Shown: in pieces, positions 54,501 to 62,360 of the stretch
How positions within the stretch are numbered: the first letter of the stretch is position 1
Layout of the letters: each line of letters starts with the position of its first letter
Source: Escherichia coli
GTDB lineage: Bacteria; Pseudomonadota; Gammaproteobacteria; Enterobacterales; Enterobacteriaceae
Assembly (NCBI RefSeq): GCF_011045215.1
Contig: NZ_CP049201.1
Length of the DNA stretch: 64,000 bases
Strand: one strand, 5' to 3'
Translations under genes and position numbers: made by a program
Notes under the pieces: generated by a model
What the model was told of the DNA's origin: nothing
Seen by the model: the letters and a program-made list of their open reading frames with translations, nothing else
Database searches by the model: none

Positions 54501-54804
54501 CTGCAGAAGGTGTCTGGATATTGACCTGAGGAATGCCGCTGGCTGTCTGCGTAATCGTGGGCTGCTGATGCCCCGGTGCGCCATGGTCTGCGACAATGCC
54601 TGCAGCACTGACAGAATGCACCATCCCCGAGGCCAGCCACAGGGAGAATGCAAGCGATGTGACACGGCAGATACGTTGCCTGCGTGGATATCCTGTACGG
54701 GAGGAGGGTGATGCACCGGCGCGACCGGAACGGGCAATATCTGCCACCACCATCAGCATTCCCCGGGCTTTGTTAAAAATAATGCGGTAACAATTTTTGT
54801 TCAT
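45568..54804 (-). CDS. cdiA: Contact-dependent growth inhibition exoprotein CdiA (3078 aa), two-partner-secretion TpsA family
   Basis: Track ORF; extended signal peptide MNKNCYRIIFNKARGMLMVV; TPS domain (NTYSQFDV...ILNEVNSRNPSQL); long repeat region; VENN motif 298 aa before the C-terminus. Confidence 0.92.
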   Translation of the reverse strand: MNKNCYRIIFNKARGMLMVVADIARSGRAGASPSSRTGYPRRQRICRVTSLAFSLWLASGMVHSVSAAGIVADHGAPGHQQPTITQTASGIPQVNIQTPSAGGVSHNTYSQFDVSHQGVILNNSHKNVQTQLGGMVAGNPWLAKGEARIILNEVNSRNPSQLNGFVEVAGKKAQVVIANPAGISCDGCGFINANRATLTTGQPQMKNGSLTGFSVERGEIQITGKGMDASRTDYTDIIARSVKINAGIWAQDLKVTTGRNNVDIAHGQTEKKAADASSQPQVALDVSSLGGMYAGKIRLVGTETGVGVRNAGHIGAQAGAVTLTADGRIENSGSISAKTDVHLATTRELHNSGSVYAGQDTQIQSDGAFTHTGSVASRRNTRIQTARLTGGERSLLAAGVKDDGRLAAAGNLTVSTTGELAAHGQVLSGGDMQLKGQGLDLSNSRIQGQHTELDAGSGNLSTQNAQLSAGTLSARTAGQFSNNGGTVNADTLQISAQSLSNRKGSLIQTGTGDFSLSLPGSVDNREGLLAANGAVRLDALSLDNRRGKVQAAQSGSLQVRTTGAVDNQQGSLIASRDILINTQALNNDNGLISAAAGTGRIKTQQAVSNTEGRMESAGRLDISAGSLNNHQGTVVSDGLSVTLDGALDNTSGRLLSQKTLSVSGSELVSDDGLIQSGSDMTLDVQDGVLSNRNTKTRGGISSAGTLTVRAGMLNNQQGFMAGQKDMTLNAGTLDNRQGVLGSQASLQISSGTLMNQKGALKAGTDMLLSGGDVSNQEGTLAAGGDLNAHLNVLENQQGTVVSNGNSRLDVTRSDNQGGRLVAQQSLTLSSTDISNDAGGLIQSGATLNLRADTLSNRNSGDRGGVISQGPMTLNAGTLDSTAGVLLSGDALSLTAGVVNNTSGQVVANGQIVATGLPGRNSLALNNQSGLIQGKGISINSAGRTLDNRGGTLNSLQELTVSTGAMDNRGGTVGAKTTADLSTTSLDNREGGRLVSEGELRLHTGGLQNSHGQIQSVGDILFDSVRGVVDNVSGLIRSGSAITLNALQFINRHTQNTGQGLEAQTIHITTQDLDNQEGSILADRALTVMADRTLSNNDGVLSSGATLSVSGRQLAFSNRDGVVKAGQSVSVDAGQLGGDGKLLSPGDITLKSNTAFSNSGQTIANGNLTLSVNGDVSNTGSLLAGSRLDLNSIRLENTGKGEISAGQTWLNVTDTLLNRGLIDGKYTHLQANTLTNSGTGRIYGDAVGVSAATFNNLEENGVAATLAGRERVDLGVQTLNNRTHSLIYSAGDMHIGGTLDANGTATGKTGVLNNHSATIEAAGYLVLSAGQINNVNDHFTTERVVVSTEKVTEYQHRGSDVRWNAKDEGVFIDNNSSDGLLNLNTPDDTGHNNDRFTKYEYTRTVEETRVKDSDPGKILSGAGMTVVADKLLNDKSQVVAGGLLDMQAGDVENVSVSGERHVTDKGTSTYYYRIKRKNKNDRQGERISPYEPPPVIQTITLKPGELTSHGQVQGSQVTLSPLKPQGTDVQTGLTGNVDATVAVTDRIPLRPVVSAGEPVILLPGQQFEVSAPQGSIHVAGPDTRLPDSSLFKTNPAVNVPYLVETDPRFTNQKTWLGSDYMQKAFSQNGDNMLKRLGDGFYEQRLIREQVVALTGQRYLDGYSNDEEQFKALMDAGIAFGKQYNLTPGVALTAEQMALLTGDIVWLVNTTVTLPDGSTQTVQVPQVYARVKPGDVNSAGALIAGRDMVMKLDGDLFNSGKLAGKQAVQLSAENIHNQAGTIQGANVSLTARTDINSTGGLLQATDSLLAMAGRDISLTTTTRTAQSDAGQNHFERTSIDSVAGVYVQNDQGRLVLQAGRDINLTAATVVNQGKDSLTQLSAGRDMTFSTVTTSAQDNIIWDKNNRLSQGVTQSTGSTLAGNGDVTLTAGRDMTSQAALLSAQKGLALMAGHDVTLTGAQNTRSLDEYHKVTGNSGMLSKTTTTTHDVTDRRTMTGSELNGDTVSIGAGHNLNVTGSSVAGDNRVSLAAGNNLSIGTLTESNRETHLKQEKKSGLMSSGGVGFSVGSQSLKVTDTATDTTQKGSTVGSVHGDVSLQAGNRLTVNGSDLIAGRDMALSGKEVSITAATDRHVQTHTVEQKTSGLTLALSGTAGSALNTTVETVQAAKSAGNSRLEALQGVKAALSGAQAVQAGRLAEAQGNQKENNNTVGISLSYGSQSSKSEQQSEQTVAKGSTLTAGNNLSIQATGSGVKGVDGDLTIQGGQIKAGNNVLLQANRDVNLVSAENTSKLEGKNTSSGGSVGVGIGVGPGGPGFSLSASANQGKGSEKGNGTTHTETTVDAGKQLTIISGRDTTLTGAQASGETVKVDAGRHLTLTSEQDSDHYDSKQQNASAGGSFTFGSMSGSASVSLSRDKMHSNHDSVQEQTGIFAGRGGFDVTTGQHTQLNGAVIASTATADKNRLDTGTLGFSDTENRADFKTEHQSAGLSTGGSVAGNFLGNMANNLLVGANHEGHADSTTQSAVSAGNITIRDTQSQKQDVADLNRDVAHANQTLSPIFDREKEQQRLQQAQLIGEIGNQVADIARTEGQIAGEKAKRDPAALNQARAELEAAGKPFTEQDVAQRAYNNGMAASGFGTGGKYQQAIQAATAAVQGLAGGNLSAALAGGAAPYLAEVVKTMTTDPVTGEVNKAANVAAHAVVNAALSLAQGNNALAGAAGAATGEVVGMIATQMYDKPVSELSETEKQTVSTLATVAAGLAGGLVGDSGASAVAGAQSGKTTVENNYLSYDEAHAFDREMTACRKAGGDCGDIQNKYAVLSAENRQKLHIDVAADPLTALSGEDKWNIEGGLSAAGRPSWLYGSLTNQEVKDYVAEGNSYDLNYLNSNTSKGDRALAFFGEPENYWGTVAGAGSLLTSSATLTEKFVSAGLSYGANGAVQIGTGNIGDKFDYLSFMMSGLTGVGTAGKGYYANQLLGAGSAYMSSQIEGQDSTASVVGSMAGTGLGYNIGASITNKLEAQYIKNQLGMDASKYSLQYSEKSIGYGMYQGGQMSSIPGTFGGFVGSFVSEGASSATQKEVDGDKK
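45571..46476 (-). other. CdiA-CT toxin domain: VENN motif (46465-46476) plus 298-aa glycine-rich C-terminal domain
   Basis: ...GKTTVENNYLSYDEAHAFDREMTACRKAGGDCG... followed by Gly/Ala/Ser-rich hydrophobic stretches (GTVAGAGSLL, GLTGVGTAGKG, VVGSMAGTGLGYNIGA). Confidence 0.75.
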
Positions 54805-54819
54805 TCTGATAAACCTGAC

Positions 54820-55347
54820 TTATCTCTCCGGCACATCCACAGCAAGCGGGTGCTGCACACGCCACTGGCGCGCCTCTTCACGACTGACCTGTGCACCCCG
54901 GAAATTCATCACCCGCAACCCGGTCTGCTGCCCACGGTGGTACAGCGAACGCCAGCACAGACGGGGAAAAATATCCTGCCGGACAAGACGACTCATATCC
55001 GGGGTATGTCCAAAAGGGGCAATCCAGTCACAGACCCACATCCGGTCGCCGCTGTTCCAGTCCGACTGAGGCATGAGAATTGCCGGCTGCGTAAGATAAC
55101 GCGCCTCTGCCTCCGGGCTGAGCCAGGCCTGGCTCATGAAGAAAACCGGTCGCCCCTGCTCTGTTGCCACCACATACTGTCGGTGCTTAATCACCGGCAG
55201 CAGCAGGTCCGGCAGGGTATGCAGTGGCGCATCACGATGCAGGGGGGAGTGCATCCACAACCAGACGGCCGCCCCCAGAACTTCCGCCTCATTGACCGGC
55301 TCACCGGAATACAGGGGACTCAGAACGTCATATTTCCCGTTACGCAT
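54820..55347 (-). CDS. cdiC: CdiC, HlyC/CyaC-family toxin-activating lysine acyltransferase (175 aa)
   Basis: Track ORF; VWLWMHSPLHRDAPL and SGDRMWVCDWIAPFG align with the HlyC motifs SWLWASSPLHRNWPV and SGDRKWFIDWIAPFG (HlyC recalled from memory); lies between cdiB and cdiA. Confidence 0.85.
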   Translation of the reverse strand: MRNGKYDVLSPLYSGEPVNEAEVLGAAVWLWMHSPLHRDAPLHTLPDLLLPVIKHRQYVVATEQGRPVFFMSQAWLSPEAEARYLTQPAILMPQSDWNSGDRMWVCDWIAPFGHTPDMSRLVRQDIFPRLCWRSLYHRGQQTGLRVMNFRGAQVSREEARQWRVQHPLAVDVPER

Positions 55348-55356
55348 GAAATTTTC

Positions 55357-57096
55357 TCAGAAATCCCGGAACAGATTAAAACCGGCTGTCACATCACTCG
55401 TCATAAAACCCGCCGGTTTTGAAAACGGACGACCGATGAAAACGTCATAATCCGTACTGAACAGTTGCCCCCTCAGCCCCACAACACCACCGGCCAGATG
55501 ACGTCCCACCAGGTATTCACTGCCGGCTCCCCCCACCTCGCCGTAATCCATTCCCAGATATAACGCCTGCTCCGGCAGTGGCGTACGCCAGGCCAGGTCG
55601 TTGCGGATATACCAGCCGTTACTGGCATTCAGCGTTCGCTCCCCGTCAAAACCACGAACCGTCCAGCGGTTACCGATGGCAAACTGTTCCTGTGGGGTCA
55701 GCGGGGTATTGCTCAGCTGGCGCTGATACCGGAAGGAATAACTGAAGGGCTGCCCTGCAAGGGTAAAGGGCAGATTAAAGGATGCATTCAACTGCAGGAT
55801 CTTACTGAGCGCCGTTGCCTCACCGAACGTTTCTTCCGGCGCCGGCTGTGCACCAAACCAGCGGGTTCCCCGTTGCCAGCTGACACCAGCATCCAGTGTG
55901 GCCTGAGAAATATAATGACGGTGCTGCAGCCCAAGTCGCCAGGCCGCTGTCTGCCGGCGCTGCACCTGGATTTCCGTATCATTAATGTAGTTACGCGACC
56001 TGCGGGCCTGAACATCGTAGGTCAGCACCGTTTTCTGCGTCCCGTTACGGTGCAGTACCCGGCTCAGCTGCATACCCAGATTCTGACTCTCGCCACTGTA
56101 CTGGTAATCCTCAACCGCACCAGCTACCGTCTGATGGTAATCGTAATCACTGGCGGTGACGGAAAACTGCCAGTAGCCGAAAGGCACAGAGTAATGGGCC
56201 GTGTAGTTTTTACTGCCCTTACCCCCGTAATGTGGAAAATTACGGGTGGCAGAAACATACAGCAGGTCACTCAGGGAAAAAGGATTATCCAGAGAAAATG
56301 TTATACCACCGAGATAACGCCCTGTGCTGCGGGTACCTGAATCATCAAGCGAAAACCCCAGTCGCCAGTATTTGTCCTGTTTGCGGGTAATAAGAATGTC
56401 ACTTTCCCCTGGCTGCTCACCGGGTACAATTTCCATATCAGCCTGCACACCCGGCAGTCGTTGCATATTCTCCAGCCCCTGCTCAATGTCCCGTAAATCC
56501 AGCAGAGAACCTTCGTGTGCCGGGAATGAGGAATACAACTGAATATAGTCATCACTGTCCGGTGTCAGACGCACATGTCGCACAACACCGGGAATAACAA
56601 CCAGCCGGAGGATACCGCTTTTTAAATCCTGCGAAGGTGCCAGAACACGGGTGGTGACATAACCATGATCGACCAGACGGTTCTGCAATGTACTCATCAG
56701 CAGATTAATTCCTTTCGCCCCCAGGCAATGCCCGACCGCCCCGTTGGCGATTTTTTGTAAAGGCAGCCAGTGTGGTAACGCATCAGCCCCCTCCAGTTCC
56801 GTCTGTTTAATCTGAAAACAGGGCGTTTCAACAGGAAAATTAATCTTACGGGCAAAAGAGCCAGGTGCAGAAAGGCGAACATCAGGGGCTGAAGGCGTCA
56901 GTTGTTGCTCAAGGGCTTCCTGACGCTGCTGCTGAATGATAAATGCATTATCTCCGCTACGCCGGACATCCGCGGCCTGAAGAGATAAAGGCGATAATAA
57001 AACAGACATCAGTGTCAGTGACAGCAAGGACGGACAGCGCCGGAATACGCTTTGTTCCTCAGCCCTCTCGTTCCTGCAACATAATTTTCCAGTCAA
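55357..57096 (-). CDS. cdiB: CdiB, TpsB/Omp85-family outer-membrane transporter (579 aa)
   Basis: Track ORF; signal peptide at the internal start [15 protein letters not shown] (~57009); C-terminal beta-barrel ending ...AGFNLFRDF. Confidence 0.88.
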   Translation of the reverse strand: MTGKLCCRNERAEEQSVFRRCPSLLSLTLMSVLLSPLSLQAADVRRSGDNAFIIQQQRQEALEQQLTPSAPDVRLSAPGSFARKINFPVETPCFQIKQTELEGADALPHWLPLQKIANGAVGHCLGAKGINLLMSTLQNRLVDHGYVTTRVLAPSQDLKSGILRLVVIPGVVRHVRLTPDSDDYIQLYSSFPAHEGSLLDLRDIEQGLENMQRLPGVQADMEIVPGEQPGESDILITRKQDKYWRLGFSLDDSGTRSTGRYLGGITFSLDNPFSLSDLLYVSATRNFPHYGGKGSKNYTAHYSVPFGYWQFSVTASDYDYHQTVAGAVEDYQYSGESQNLGMQLSRVLHRNGTQKTVLTYDVQARRSRNYINDTEIQVQRRQTAAWRLGLQHRHYISQATLDAGVSWQRGTRWFGAQPAPEETFGEATALSKILQLNASFNLPFTLAGQPFSYSFRYQRQLSNTPLTPQEQFAIGNRWTVRGFDGERTLNASNGWYIRNDLAWRTPLPEQALYLGMDYGEVGGAGSEYLVGRHLAGGVVGLRGQLFSTDYDVFIGRPFSKPAGFMTSDVTAGFNLFRDF

Positions 57097-57303
57097 ACGA
57101 AAAACCTTTTATTCATGTCATACCAACAATCACCAGCCTCCTGACGATACCTCCCACCATGTTTTGCGATGGTACGCTACCGCCCTTCCGGTATTTACCC
57201 GCATCAACCGGTACCAGAATGTTGAGTAATAAATTTGTCAACTCTGAATTGGTTTAATTTTGATCATTATAGAATGAAGATCTGAAAATTCTCAATATTG
57301 CAG

Positions 57304-57321
57304 ACATATCGATCGATATGT
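57304..57321. promoter_or_regulatory. Perfect 18-bp palindrome containing GATC, ~210-300 bp upstream of cdiB
   Basis: ACATATCGATCGATATGT is self-complementary; function not established. Confidence 0.3.
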
Positions 57322-57687
57322 AGTTATCACGTAGTTATTTATTCCAACTAATATCGCAAAAGCAGCATATTGCAAAACTTATAACCACGGAGAACAAAAA
57401 ACGACAGAAAATTATTCCGTAAGATGCTTCAAATACAGCCAGTCAACACTGAAAAAAGTGATTTTTGATTAAAATCATTGAAGTTTATGCAGTACAGAAT
57501 CTGAGCGGTTCTCAGCGAAAGTCAGAAGAAAGGGAGGTGAGGTAAAAGGCAGAAATCAGAGTGACAGGAATGCACAAAAAGCAAAAAAAAATCAACAAAA
57601 CAATAAATTAACATACCCCGAAAAAGCATCCGCAACGTACCGGGTAATAACAACAATATCGTGTAAAACAACATTGTTCCGGAAGTT

Positions 57688-57879
57688 ATGTCTGAAGATA
57701 TCCCGTTACCCAAAGTCGGTCAGCGATACAGAGACGATCATGGTGCGCTTGTCACCGTAACCAGTGTTGAGGAAACCCGGGTGGTATTTATGCGGGACGG
57801 CTATCCACATCCCTGTATGCGGCCAATGTACAACTTTCCAGGAAAATTCAAACCCGAACCCCGGGAAGAAACAGAATAA
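57688..57879 (+). CDS. Small hypothetical protein (63 aa), possibly DUF4222-like
   Basis: Track ORF; an antisense ORF 57706..57981(-) overlaps it and is judged less protein-like; family name from memory. Confidence 0.35.
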   Translation: MSEDIPLPKVGQRYRDDHGALVTVTSVEETRVVFMRDGYPHPCMRPMYNFPGKFKPEPREETE

Positions 57880-57931
57880 AACGAAATTCCTGCCGGCAAT
57901 CACACTGCCTGATGGCAGCATAATCCACTTT

Positions 57932-58165
57932 TTAATTCTCATCCCCGAAGACAAGCCCAGAAAACCACTCCGGGTGTTCACTGTATGCCGTGTTCAGCGC
58001 ATCCCAGGAAACGTTTATATAAAAGCTGTCCTGCAATCTGCGGGTAACAACTTCTGCCAGGCGATTCCGGTTATCCGCCAGTCCGGCATAACCTCTCTCT
58101 GCCAGCCACTCATTCAGTTCATGTTCCAGAGACAGATTGATAATATCGTAATCGGACCTTGCCAT
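57932..58165 (-). CDS. Small hypothetical protein (77 aa)
   Basis: Track ORF; no motif recognised. Confidence 0.4.
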   Translation of the reverse strand: MARSDYDIINLSLEHELNEWLAERGYAGLADNRNRLAEVVTRRLQDSFYINVSWDALNTAYSEHPEWFSGLVFGDEN

Positions 58166-58251
58166 TCCCGTTTCCTTAGCACATGTTTTCAGGCACGGGT
58201 AAAAGTATAAAGAATGTCATACTGCTGCCAGAGCCCCCCCTGATGGTCGTA

Positions 58252-58911
58252 TCAGAGATGGTATGCCGGCACTTTGCGGGTTGTTCCCGTCAGGTTATCG
58301 TGCACCTCCACATTCGTTGTCACTACCGGCATTCCGCTCTGTCTTAATCTCAGGACATCAGCCGCAATACGCTGACTGCCAGACCAGAACAGCCCGTCCA
58401 GTGCGGTCACCAGTAAACCTGCTTCCAGCGCATACTTCAGCCGTTCACGGGACGCTTTCACTTCCCGGGCAACCTGCTGATATGGCAATGATGTGTTTTC
58501 ATTCCCAACCACGCGACGAATACGGTGAGACAGATGATACCGGAATGTATCTGGCACACCCGAAAGGCTGGCCTTCAGGCTGTACACGCAGCCAAAGCGT
58601 TTATCGTTAAACACCACATTTTTCTGGCTGATGCCCCATTCTTCACGCAGCGCGGCAATCAATTGCGGTGTCCGGGTAAGCAGCAAGCGAAAAGGCAGTT
58701 CAAAACTGGTGACGTAATCCACATTCAGCAGTGCAATACGCAGCCGTTCTTCTGGCCCGGCCTCTGTCTGCCGACACTCCTCCAGAACATCCTGCCACTG
58801 CCGGCGAAGACGGAGGGATTCGTTCCGTTCTGTAAAACAGTATTTATCCGCCAGATAGTCAACTCGTGTACGCATACTGAAAAGAATTCCGTATAAAAAT
58901 TCATCTGACAA
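58252..58911 (-). CDS. Hypothetical protein (219 aa)
   Basis: Track ORF; no motif recognised. Confidence 0.5.
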   Translation of the reverse strand: MSDEFLYGILFSMRTRVDYLADKYCFTERNESLRLRRQWQDVLEECRQTEAGPEERLRIALLNVDYVTSFELPFRLLLTRTPQLIAALREEWGISQKNVVFNDKRFGCVYSLKASLSGVPDTFRYHLSHRIRRVVGNENTSLPYQQVAREVKASRERLKYALEAGLLVTALDGLFWSGSQRIAADVLRLRQSGMPVVTTNVEVHDNLTGTTRKVPAYHL

Positions 58912-59932
58912 AACTTTATCAGTCCATAAAAATCAACGGAAGCACAGATGATTCACTCGTCCATTACCAACGGATTTTGCCAATAACCCTGGCGTTGACA
59001 ACGGGTAACATAAAAGACAAAGACTGAACAACTGTTTTTAACGGCGATACTGCATGATTTCATCGCCATCCGTCACCGTCATATCCACCAGATGAAACAA
59101 CTCTGTGCAGGTTTTATCCGCAATTTCCGGATTATCAAAACACGTCGGTCAGTTCATGTTGTACGGGGACGGGCTGCGCTCCCCATGACAGAACATTATC
59201 GATATCACCAGCATACGTGCCACTCAAAGTGTTACGGCATCGTACGGCGTGGTCATGTTCTTCTCTTTTTCCTGTTCACAATAACCTGCTTAACGGTCAG
59301 AAGGCATTTTCACCAGGATTATATTCACCTGTACAACCATGTTCAGCCATGACCGCTGATAAGTGAACATCCGGAGTATATTATTCTGCCGCTGTTGAAT
59401 TGCCAGTAAGCTCCCGGTCCTTTGCTCCGGCACACTGTTTTTGTTCCTGGCTCTCTGTCTGAGGTGAAACCTTCCAGGTATGTCGCCCCATTTTTGTTCG
59501 TCTCCATTTTTTTAAGAAGTGCTCAAGTGAAAAACTTTTTACCTCTCCGGGAGTTGTCGTATTTGCTGATATTGTTCGTTTGTTTAAAGAACCTGCTGGT
59601 CTTGCCATTAATATTACCTGCTGATTGCTTCACGCCCGGGCTCCTCGCACTGTGCGCGGGTTATTGTTTCGTTTTCAGTCCCGGGGGCGCCAGGACTCTG
59701 TTTGCAGACCATAACGGCCTGACCTGTACTGTTTCTTCGGCTCTTTGATGCCCGTTTACGCCATTTGTTCCCTGCCCCTCTGTCTGATAACGAATACGCT
59801 CACTACGCACAGCACTGAACAATACCGGCAACAGCATGTCTTACATGACATTCGCTGTGCCATCCACCGGAAAACATTTTCAGATACCGGATGAGGTACC
59901 ACTTCCATTAACAGCACGAGGTAACAATACTG

Positions 59933-60409
59933 ATGGTAACGCTGGCCATTAACCGTAAACCGCAGGGTATTTTCAGTAAGTCACCGGCAACGCCGCTGCA
60001 GGATAAAACGAACACAGTACACAACGAGAAGCCTCTTCGGGTGAGGAATCAAACACCATGGCGACATATGACAAAACGCCAGCGCAAAAACCGTAAGCGT
60101 ATAAATCGTCTTGTGGAACTCTGGCCTGAGTTATTCAACCGGGAAAAACCAAAACCGCTTAAAGTGGGGATACCTGACGACCTGATACAGGATATCGCCA
60201 TCAGAAAACTGGCGTTTGGCGCAGGTACATTACGCGCGGCAGTGGCGTCTTATGTGCAGTCTCCGCGCTATTACCGTACGTTAATGGCAGGTGGCGCCCG
60301 TTACGACCTGAAGGGGCAACCGTGCGGAGAGGTGACACCACATGAACAGAAAGAGGCAGAGAGCCGTTTAATGATGCTGAATGACCGACGAAAAGCCAGA
60401 AAGCGCTGA
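59933..60409 (+). CDS. FinO/ProQ-family RNA-binding-domain protein
   Basis: Track ORF; LVELWPELFNREKPKPLKVGIPDDLIQDIAIRKL...GARYDLKGQPCGEVTPHE matches the FinO/ProQ fold signature; basic N-terminus; start may be the internal MTKRQRKNRKR (~60068). Confidence 0.65.
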   Translation: MVTLAINRKPQGIFSKSPATPLQDKTNTVHNEKPLRVRNQTPWRHMTKRQRKNRKRINRLVELWPELFNREKPKPLKVGIPDDLIQDIAIRKLAFGAGTLRAAVASYVQSPRYYRTLMAGGARYDLKGQPCGEVTPHEQKEAESRLMMLNDRRKARKR

Positions 60410-60410
60410 T

Positions 60411-60959
60411 TCACTGAGCTGTAATCAATGTACAGCGCTGTACCGGACGATGGATAATGGCGGTCACAACCGGTAACCCCAGAGACAATGCGACTGTTTT
60501 TAACGCAACATACTGGCCGGATGTATCACCCCGGGCAACCCGAAAACACTTTTCCACCCGGCATTGTCCGCCAGCGCTTATCACCTGCCAGGTCTGTTGT
60601 AGTAAATCCACCAGTTGTGAACATTCTTCATCAACTGTCACACTGGCTCGCGGATGGCAAATGCTCGTCTGGCTGAGCAGCAACAGGCATCGCATTGTTG
60701 CTCCTCCATGTTGTTCCCGCAACCAGCGTAATACCAGCGGCGATGATGGACTGGCCGTGTGATTACGCTCAGTAATACGTTCGTGCACCTGTCGATAAAA
60801 GGAAGTACAGAATGTCTGAACCTGTTGTCCGTTGATGTTTCCTTCAGCCGAATGGAGCGTGAAGTGGACTGCCAGCAGACGCGGCCAGTGGTCCACCGCC
60901 TGCTGAACAAAACGCCGGATGTCTCCCGGCTCTGAAAGTAATACTTCGGTTATTTGCAC
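60411..60959 (-). CDS. Hypothetical protein (182 aa)
   Basis: Track ORF; no motif recognised. Confidence 0.45.
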   Translation of the reverse strand: MQITEVLLSEPGDIRRFVQQAVDHWPRLLAVHFTLHSAEGNINGQQVQTFCTSFYRQVHERITERNHTASPSSPLVLRWLREQHGGATMRCLLLLSQTSICHPRASVTVDEECSQLVDLLQQTWQVISAGGQCRVEKCFRVARGDTSGQYVALKTVALSLGLPVVTAIIHRPVQRCTLITAQ

Positions 60960-61225
60960 GAAATGTTCCTTTTCGAATCCTGTTGAATTTTACTGATCCG
61001 GTACAGACACGCAGGAAAACACGCCTGCACCGGTGTAATGCCAGTTACAAACAATAAGAACGGAAGGACGAATCAGTCAGGAAATGATGACAAACCGTTC
61101 ACTGACCGGAGGATACCACCAGGAAGGTTAACGGGAGAGTAACCGGTACCAGGGACAGGGCCGGGTTCCACAATACCAGCGCCGGCATTTCGCACATTGC
61201 CAGCGTACCGGCATCCCAACACGTT

Positions 61226-61459
61226 TCATGCTGCTGACCCTCGTGATTCTTCGATTCGCTGCTGCATCCACTGCTCCACTTCGCTTTTGTACCAGCGGCT
61301 GCTGCGACCCAGTTTGATGGGTTTAGGAAAATGGCCTTCACTGATCAGCCTGTAAAACCATTTATCGGTCATGCCGGTGAAACTGGTGATGTAGTTCATG
61401 TCGATCAGGGGATCGTCGGCACGCAGCAACACGCTGTCGTGGCTTATTGTGGTCAACAT
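61226..61459 (-). CDS. alpA: AlpA-family phage regulatory/excisionase-like DNA-binding protein
   Basis: Track ORF; FTGMTDKWFYRLISEGHFPKPIKLGRSSRWYKSEVEQWM is the AlpA-type HTH; start may be the internal MNYITSF. Confidence 0.75.
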   Translation of the reverse strand: MLTTISHDSVLLRADDPLIDMNYITSFTGMTDKWFYRLISEGHFPKPIKLGRSSRWYKSEVEQWMQQRIEESRGSAA

Positions 61460-61527
61460 GGTCAGAATATCCTCTGTAAGATTTATGAAGGTTGTGCGAA
61501 TGCGGGGAAAGATGCTGAGCCGTGTTT

Positions 61528-62133
61528 TCAGAACGGCCCTGCAGATCCGGGATACCCGGGATTACCGGCGAGGCAACGGGCTTCCGGATCGCACACATCA
61601 CGACGAGCGCGGGCGAAATCACTGAACGCCCAGATAAGGTCTTTAAACAGGGCTTCGCAGTCCGGTGACCGGCGATCCAGTACCACATCCCGGGTGATCT
61701 GCTTCTGGTACGGCTTTGCTTCACCTGGTGACGCGAAGCCCAGCACGTTACTCCAGGCATCCAGAATCAACCGATCCAGCTCAGGGCCATCGAAATACTC
61801 CTGTCTGACGCACAGCACCACGTGGTATTCCGGTTTTTCAGGATGACGGGTCAGGAGCCAGCAGAGGTCACGTCCGGGTGTTGCATTCATCAGCGCACTG
61901 ACGGTTTCGATAAAATCCATACCAAACCAGGTCTTTCTGCTGCTGAAGGTATTGTCATATTCACACGGCAGACGAAGCAGGATCCGCCGTATCCGGGAGC
62001 CGGACTGCTCACGCAGCGCACGCTCAAGGACACCGATAACTTTGCTCTGATAAGATGGCCAGAAAGGTGCCAGGCTATAGTCGAAATAAGGGATAGTATT
62101 CATAAGATATGCTCCGTTATGCGCAGCCCACAA
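61528..62133 (-). CDS. Island-associated hypothetical protein (201 aa), YfjI/YfjJ-neighbourhood type
   Basis: Track ORF; position directly upstream of alpA. Confidence 0.5.
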   Translation of the reverse strand: MWAAHNGAYLMNTIPYFDYSLAPFWPSYQSKVIGVLERALREQSGSRIRRILLRLPCEYDNTFSSRKTWFGMDFIETVSALMNATPGRDLCWLLTRHPEKPEYHVVLCVRQEYFDGPELDRLILDAWSNVLGFASPGEAKPYQKQITRDVVLDRRSPDCEALFKDLIWAFSDFARARRDVCDPEARCLAGNPGYPGSAGPF

Positions 62134-62360
62134 TGCGTCCTGCCCATGAATGAGCTGACGTGTTATAGCTTGCGGATGGGGTTGATGGAATAAGTGAAGA
62201 ACCGAAGCAGAACGGAAAGATCAGGTCACCGACAAGGGACAGAACACTGGATATGGTTCAGGGCGAATAATCTCCGTTGACTTCAGTTCACATCATTAAG
62301 CAAGGTGGTAAGGTTTTACCGACGGAATGTTTCCAGGACAGGAAGCTCAGGATTTAAGTT

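Noticed and set aside
46479-54711. Many plus-strand ORFs (up to 379 aa, e.g. 46726..47865, 53692..54711) inside the cdiA region
   Set aside because: They are antisense to the 3078-aa cdiA ORF, are Cys/Arg/Pro-rich with low-complexity composition, and have no start-site context; judged to be frame artefacts of a long, GC-rich repetitive gene.
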